Assembly (NCBI GenBank): GCA_016839365.1
Contig: JAEOUH010000081.1
Coordinates: 1-17,877 of the forward strand
DNA length: 17,877 nt
From: Candidatus Hermodarchaeota archaeon
Lineage (GTDB): Archaea; Asgardarchaeota; Hermodarchaeia; Hermodarchaeales; Hermodarchaeaceae
Reading direction: 5' to 3'
A program made the translations under genes and the position numbers. The notes beneath the pieces are model-generated. The model was given only the letters and a program-made list of their open reading frames with translations. It did no database searches and was not told the DNA's origin. Positions 15,378-17,877 of this stretch are shown here, in pieces (position 1 is the stretch's first letter; the number at the start of each line of letters is the position of its first letter).

Positions 15378-16445
15378 CTATTTCTCCCATTTCTGTGTAA
15401 AGCCATGAACTAAGTCAATGGTGGATTTAATGTCACTTAACCGGAGTAGGGAAATCGCGGAATGAATGTATCGGCACGGTACAGAAACCACACCAGTTGG
15501 TACTCCTTGCCTGCTCTGAGAAATTGGACCTCCATCGGTGCCGCCACCCAAAGGTTGTTTATATTGGTAAGGAATCTTCAAACTAATCGAAATTTCTTCC
15601 AATGCTTCAAGAACCTTGGGATGAGCGATGAGAGTACGGTCCGCAACGGTAAGCGCTGGCCCTTTCCCCAGAGTTGTGGGGGATTTGTGTTTCGGAATTC
15701 CAGGCATGTCCCCCGCTGACGTACACTCAAGGGCTAGTGCAACATCAGGTTCCAGGGTATAAGCTCCCGTTTTAGCTCCACGGGTTCCGACTTCTTCGCA
15801 AACCGCGAAGTTCACGACAATTGTAGCTCTGTGATCTCGAGCTTTCGCTAATCGTCTTAAGACTTCTATGATGACTAAGCAACCAACGCGATCATCAAAG
15901 GCTTTGCCAGACACTGTATCGTCTGACAGTTCAACGAAGGGCTGCCAAATGGTCAACGGAGTGCCGACTCGGATACCCATTGCTTTCACGGCTTCCTCAG
16001 AAGACACGCCAATATCGACATAGAGGTCATCAATTGCTATCACCGTTTCTCGCTGTTTTGCGGTTGTCAGATGCGGTGGTGTTGCCCCAATCACCCCAAA
16101 TACTTGAACTGAAGGCTTAGTTCCCAGTGGTCTAATAACCACACGATGACCAGGTAGAATCCGCGGATCCCAGCCACCAATTGATGTCAATCGCAGGAAC
16201 CCTTTCTCATGTATATAGCTAACAATGAACCCAATCTCATCTGTATGTGCATCAAGTAAAATGCGTGGTTTCTCCTGCTTTCCCTTACGAATCGCAAGAA
16301 GATTCCCCAAGGGATCAACCCAAGCTTCGTCCACAAGTGGTTCTATCTCCTTGTGAATAATATCACGTGCATCGGCTTCAAAACCCGAGACACCAATCGA
16401 TTCGGATAGCTTTTGTAGAGTGGTGCGCTGCGCTTTATCAGACAT
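15378..16445 (-). CDS. M42-family (TET/FrvX-like) metallo-aminopeptidase
   Basis: AHTDEIG, GGWD, YVDIG, GKAFDDRVG, EEVGTRGA, GGTDG, PCRYIHS. All expected metal ligands are present. Confidence 0.95.
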   Translation of the reverse strand: MSDKAQRTTLQKLSESIGVSGFEADARDIIHKEIEPLVDEAWVDPLGNLLAIRKGKQEKPRILLDAHTDEIGFIVSYIHEKGFLRLTSIGGWDPRILPGHRVVIRPLGTKPSVQVFGVIGATPPHLTTAKQRETVIAIDDLYVDIGVSSEEAVKAMGIRVGTPLTIWQPFVELSDDTVSGKAFDDRVGCLVIIEVLRRLAKARDHRATIVVNFAVCEEVGTRGAKTGAYTLEPDVALALECTSAGDMPGIPKHKSPTTLGKGPALTVADRTLIAHPKVLEALEEISISLKIPYQYKQPLGGGTDGGPISQSRQGVPTGVVSVPCRYIHSAISLLRLSDIKSTIDLVHGFTQKWEK

Positions 16446-16631
16446 TTTGTATCACCAGAGTTTCTATGGCTCTATTGTGGTGTTTCATATCGATGTTTGA
16501 TTTAAGATTAGTGACCATTCCCCCAAAAGCCTTGAAAACGCCTCTCTCATATTGTAGAAACCTTTAATTGCCTTAAGACAAAGGCTAAACTCCCAGCAAA
16601 TTGAAGGGATGGCATTTGGGCGGTAGATTCT

Positions 16632-17681
16632 ATGACAATGCACTCGGTATTCATTTTTCTAGGATCCGGTGAAACCCTTGTTTCCCACACCTCACCCGTA
16701 GTGAAGCTAGAACAAACTCTTCTCACAGGACTCCTCACTGCAATCCGTGAATTTGGCCATGAAGCTATCTCAGAAGAAATTTCCACTATCGGTGCAGGTG
16801 AATACCGCTTCCACTATGATGTCTATGACCCCCTAATCACTGTGGGTCTAGCTGACGGTAACGCCGACGAACTCGAAGTCCAAGCTGTGCTACACAGTCT
16901 GAACGTCCTCTTCTACGCTCAATATGAAACGCTAATCAAGAAATGGAGTGGGGATGTTAAACCCTTCCAAACCTTCCTCCCGATTATCCATGAAGCTCTC
17001 ATTGCCCATAACGAACGCTCCCAAGTCGCCCAACGCCGCATTTCATCTGCTGAATACATCCTTGAGGTATTCGAAGACACACTTGATGTAGTACTCCTCA
17101 ATATCCTCGTTGGAAACGCCATCATCATAACTGGTGCTAAGAAAAAGAAATTCGAAGAACTCAGCGAAGCAATTGATAACGTGCTCCCATTTACTGTCCC
17201 TAATATGCCAGGAATCACGGATCTTGAGACAGCTCAGGGAATTCTTGAAAGCCGGGCAGAACAACGACGTAAACGACCAACCCTTCTCGGCGTATCCGAA
17301 AAGGTCTACCGCAGCCTCACTACCCCTGAAAACCTTGAACACTACCTGTTCGTGAATCTTACAAAGAAATCACCTGTTTTTATTGCACCGTTCAACCAAC
17401 CAGGAATGGACTTAGCAAAACAAGCCCTAGAGCTAGCCAAAGATGATCCCCCACTTCAAGCTAAGTTGCTTGAACTTCAACTCGAGACCCTACGTGCTCA
17501 ATTAACCAATTTCCTTGAGTTTCGTCGAAGTGCCCATCATTTCACCCTCGAACACCTACGAACCCTCCTTCACCTTGACTCTGAACGGTTCCGTCTTCTC
17601 ACCTATCTCTCTATGGAATCCATCCTTGCCCATCCAACCGAACCCGAGATGGAAACATTTCCTGAAGGCGAGACTGACTGA
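16632..17681 (+). CDS. Longin-domain protein with a C-terminal folliculin/DENN-like domain
   Basis: The N-terminal ~125 aa fit the longin pattern (HSVFIF..SGETL; LLTGLLTAIREFGHE; ISTI....YRFHY; LITVGLAD; F...Y...IKKWSGDVKPFQTF). LLNILVGNAIIITG....EELSEAIDNVLP...LLGVS fits the central DENN motif. Confidence 0.75.
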   Translation: MTMHSVFIFLGSGETLVSHTSPVVKLEQTLLTGLLTAIREFGHEAISEEISTIGAGEYRFHYDVYDPLITVGLADGNADELEVQAVLHSLNVLFYAQYETLIKKWSGDVKPFQTFLPIIHEALIAHNERSQVAQRRISSAEYILEVFEDTLDVVLLNILVGNAIIITGAKKKKFEELSEAIDNVLPFTVPNMPGITDLETAQGILESRAEQRRKRPTLLGVSEKVYRSLTTPENLEHYLFVNLTKKSPVFIAPFNQPGMDLAKQALELAKDDPPLQAKLLELQLETLRAQLTNFLEFRRSAHHFTLEHLRTLLHLDSERFRLLTYLSMESILAHPTEPEMETFPEGETD

Positions 17682-17703
17682 GCCATTGAGATTCTCCAAT
17701 CAT

Positions 17704-17778
17704 TCTGGAATGGCGCGCATTTTCTTTTATCGACGAGGTTGAGGTGAAGGCGCGCCAGTAAGCAAGAAATATTCCGGG
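17704..17778 (+). ncRNA. Candidate structured RNA element (nested stems or pseudoknot), unassigned
   Basis: TGGCGCGC/GCGCGCCA stem, outer TCTGGAAT/ATTCCGGG stem, and several G-U pairs that work only on the + strand. Confidence 0.3.
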
Positions 17779-17820
17779 CATTCTAATGTTCATTTAACCT
17801 ACATAATGACCGACTTAATT

Positions 17821-17838
17821 TTATTTTTCAAAAAATAA
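17821..17838. promoter_or_regulatory. Palindrome TTATTTTT-CA-AAAAATAA, possible operator for the next gene
   Basis: Perfect 8-bp arms, upstream of a TTTTTTAT TATA-like box and an ATG at 17872. Low complexity. Confidence 0.3.
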
Positions 17839-17877
17839 CCGTTTCAAGGCTTTTTTATGGAATTCTCTTCCATGTCC

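Noticed and set aside
15378-16445. Endoglucanase/cellulase label often attached to M42 proteins
   Set aside because: This is a known misannotation of the family; the motifs are those of a dinuclear aminopeptidase.
17682-17778. SECIS, hammerhead, HDV-like or SAM-II identity for the 3' structure
   Set aside because: The required cores are absent: no AUGA/GA quartet with a proper helix, no CUGANGA, no HDV P3/L3 consensus. No in-frame Sec UGA candidate is evident in nearby genes.
4029-17793. Remaining 60-113 aa ORFs nested in or antisense to the major genes (e.g. 7285-7626, 8628-8942, 16547-16786, 17611-17793)
   Set aside because: They overlap stronger genes, have atypical composition and show no convincing RBS.

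Overview
Gene-dense prokaryotic window, most likely archaeal. An Asgard-type origin is inferred from the longin-domain protein, TATA-like promoters and GGAGGTGA ribosome-binding sites. Left to right it holds: the 3' end of a nucleoside-type (NupOPQ/YufOPQ-like) ABC importer operon; a 55-aa C4HC3 zinc-finger microprotein missing from the ORF track; a hypothetical gene; a secreted, membrane-anchored two-HKD phospholipase D-superfamily enzyme; a small hypothetical gene; a GH38 alpha-mannosidase; two membrane proteins; a membrane-anchored caspase-like (clan CD) peptidase; a minus-strand block (M42 aminopeptidase, PNPOx-like flavoprotein, a GH35/GH42-type glycosidase with altered catalytic motifs, and a translationally coupled unknown gene); a longin plus folliculin/DENN-like protein; and a candidate structured RNA. 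I saw no rRNA, tRNA, CRISPR array or mobile element. All family calls come from motif recognition by eye, and no database search was run.
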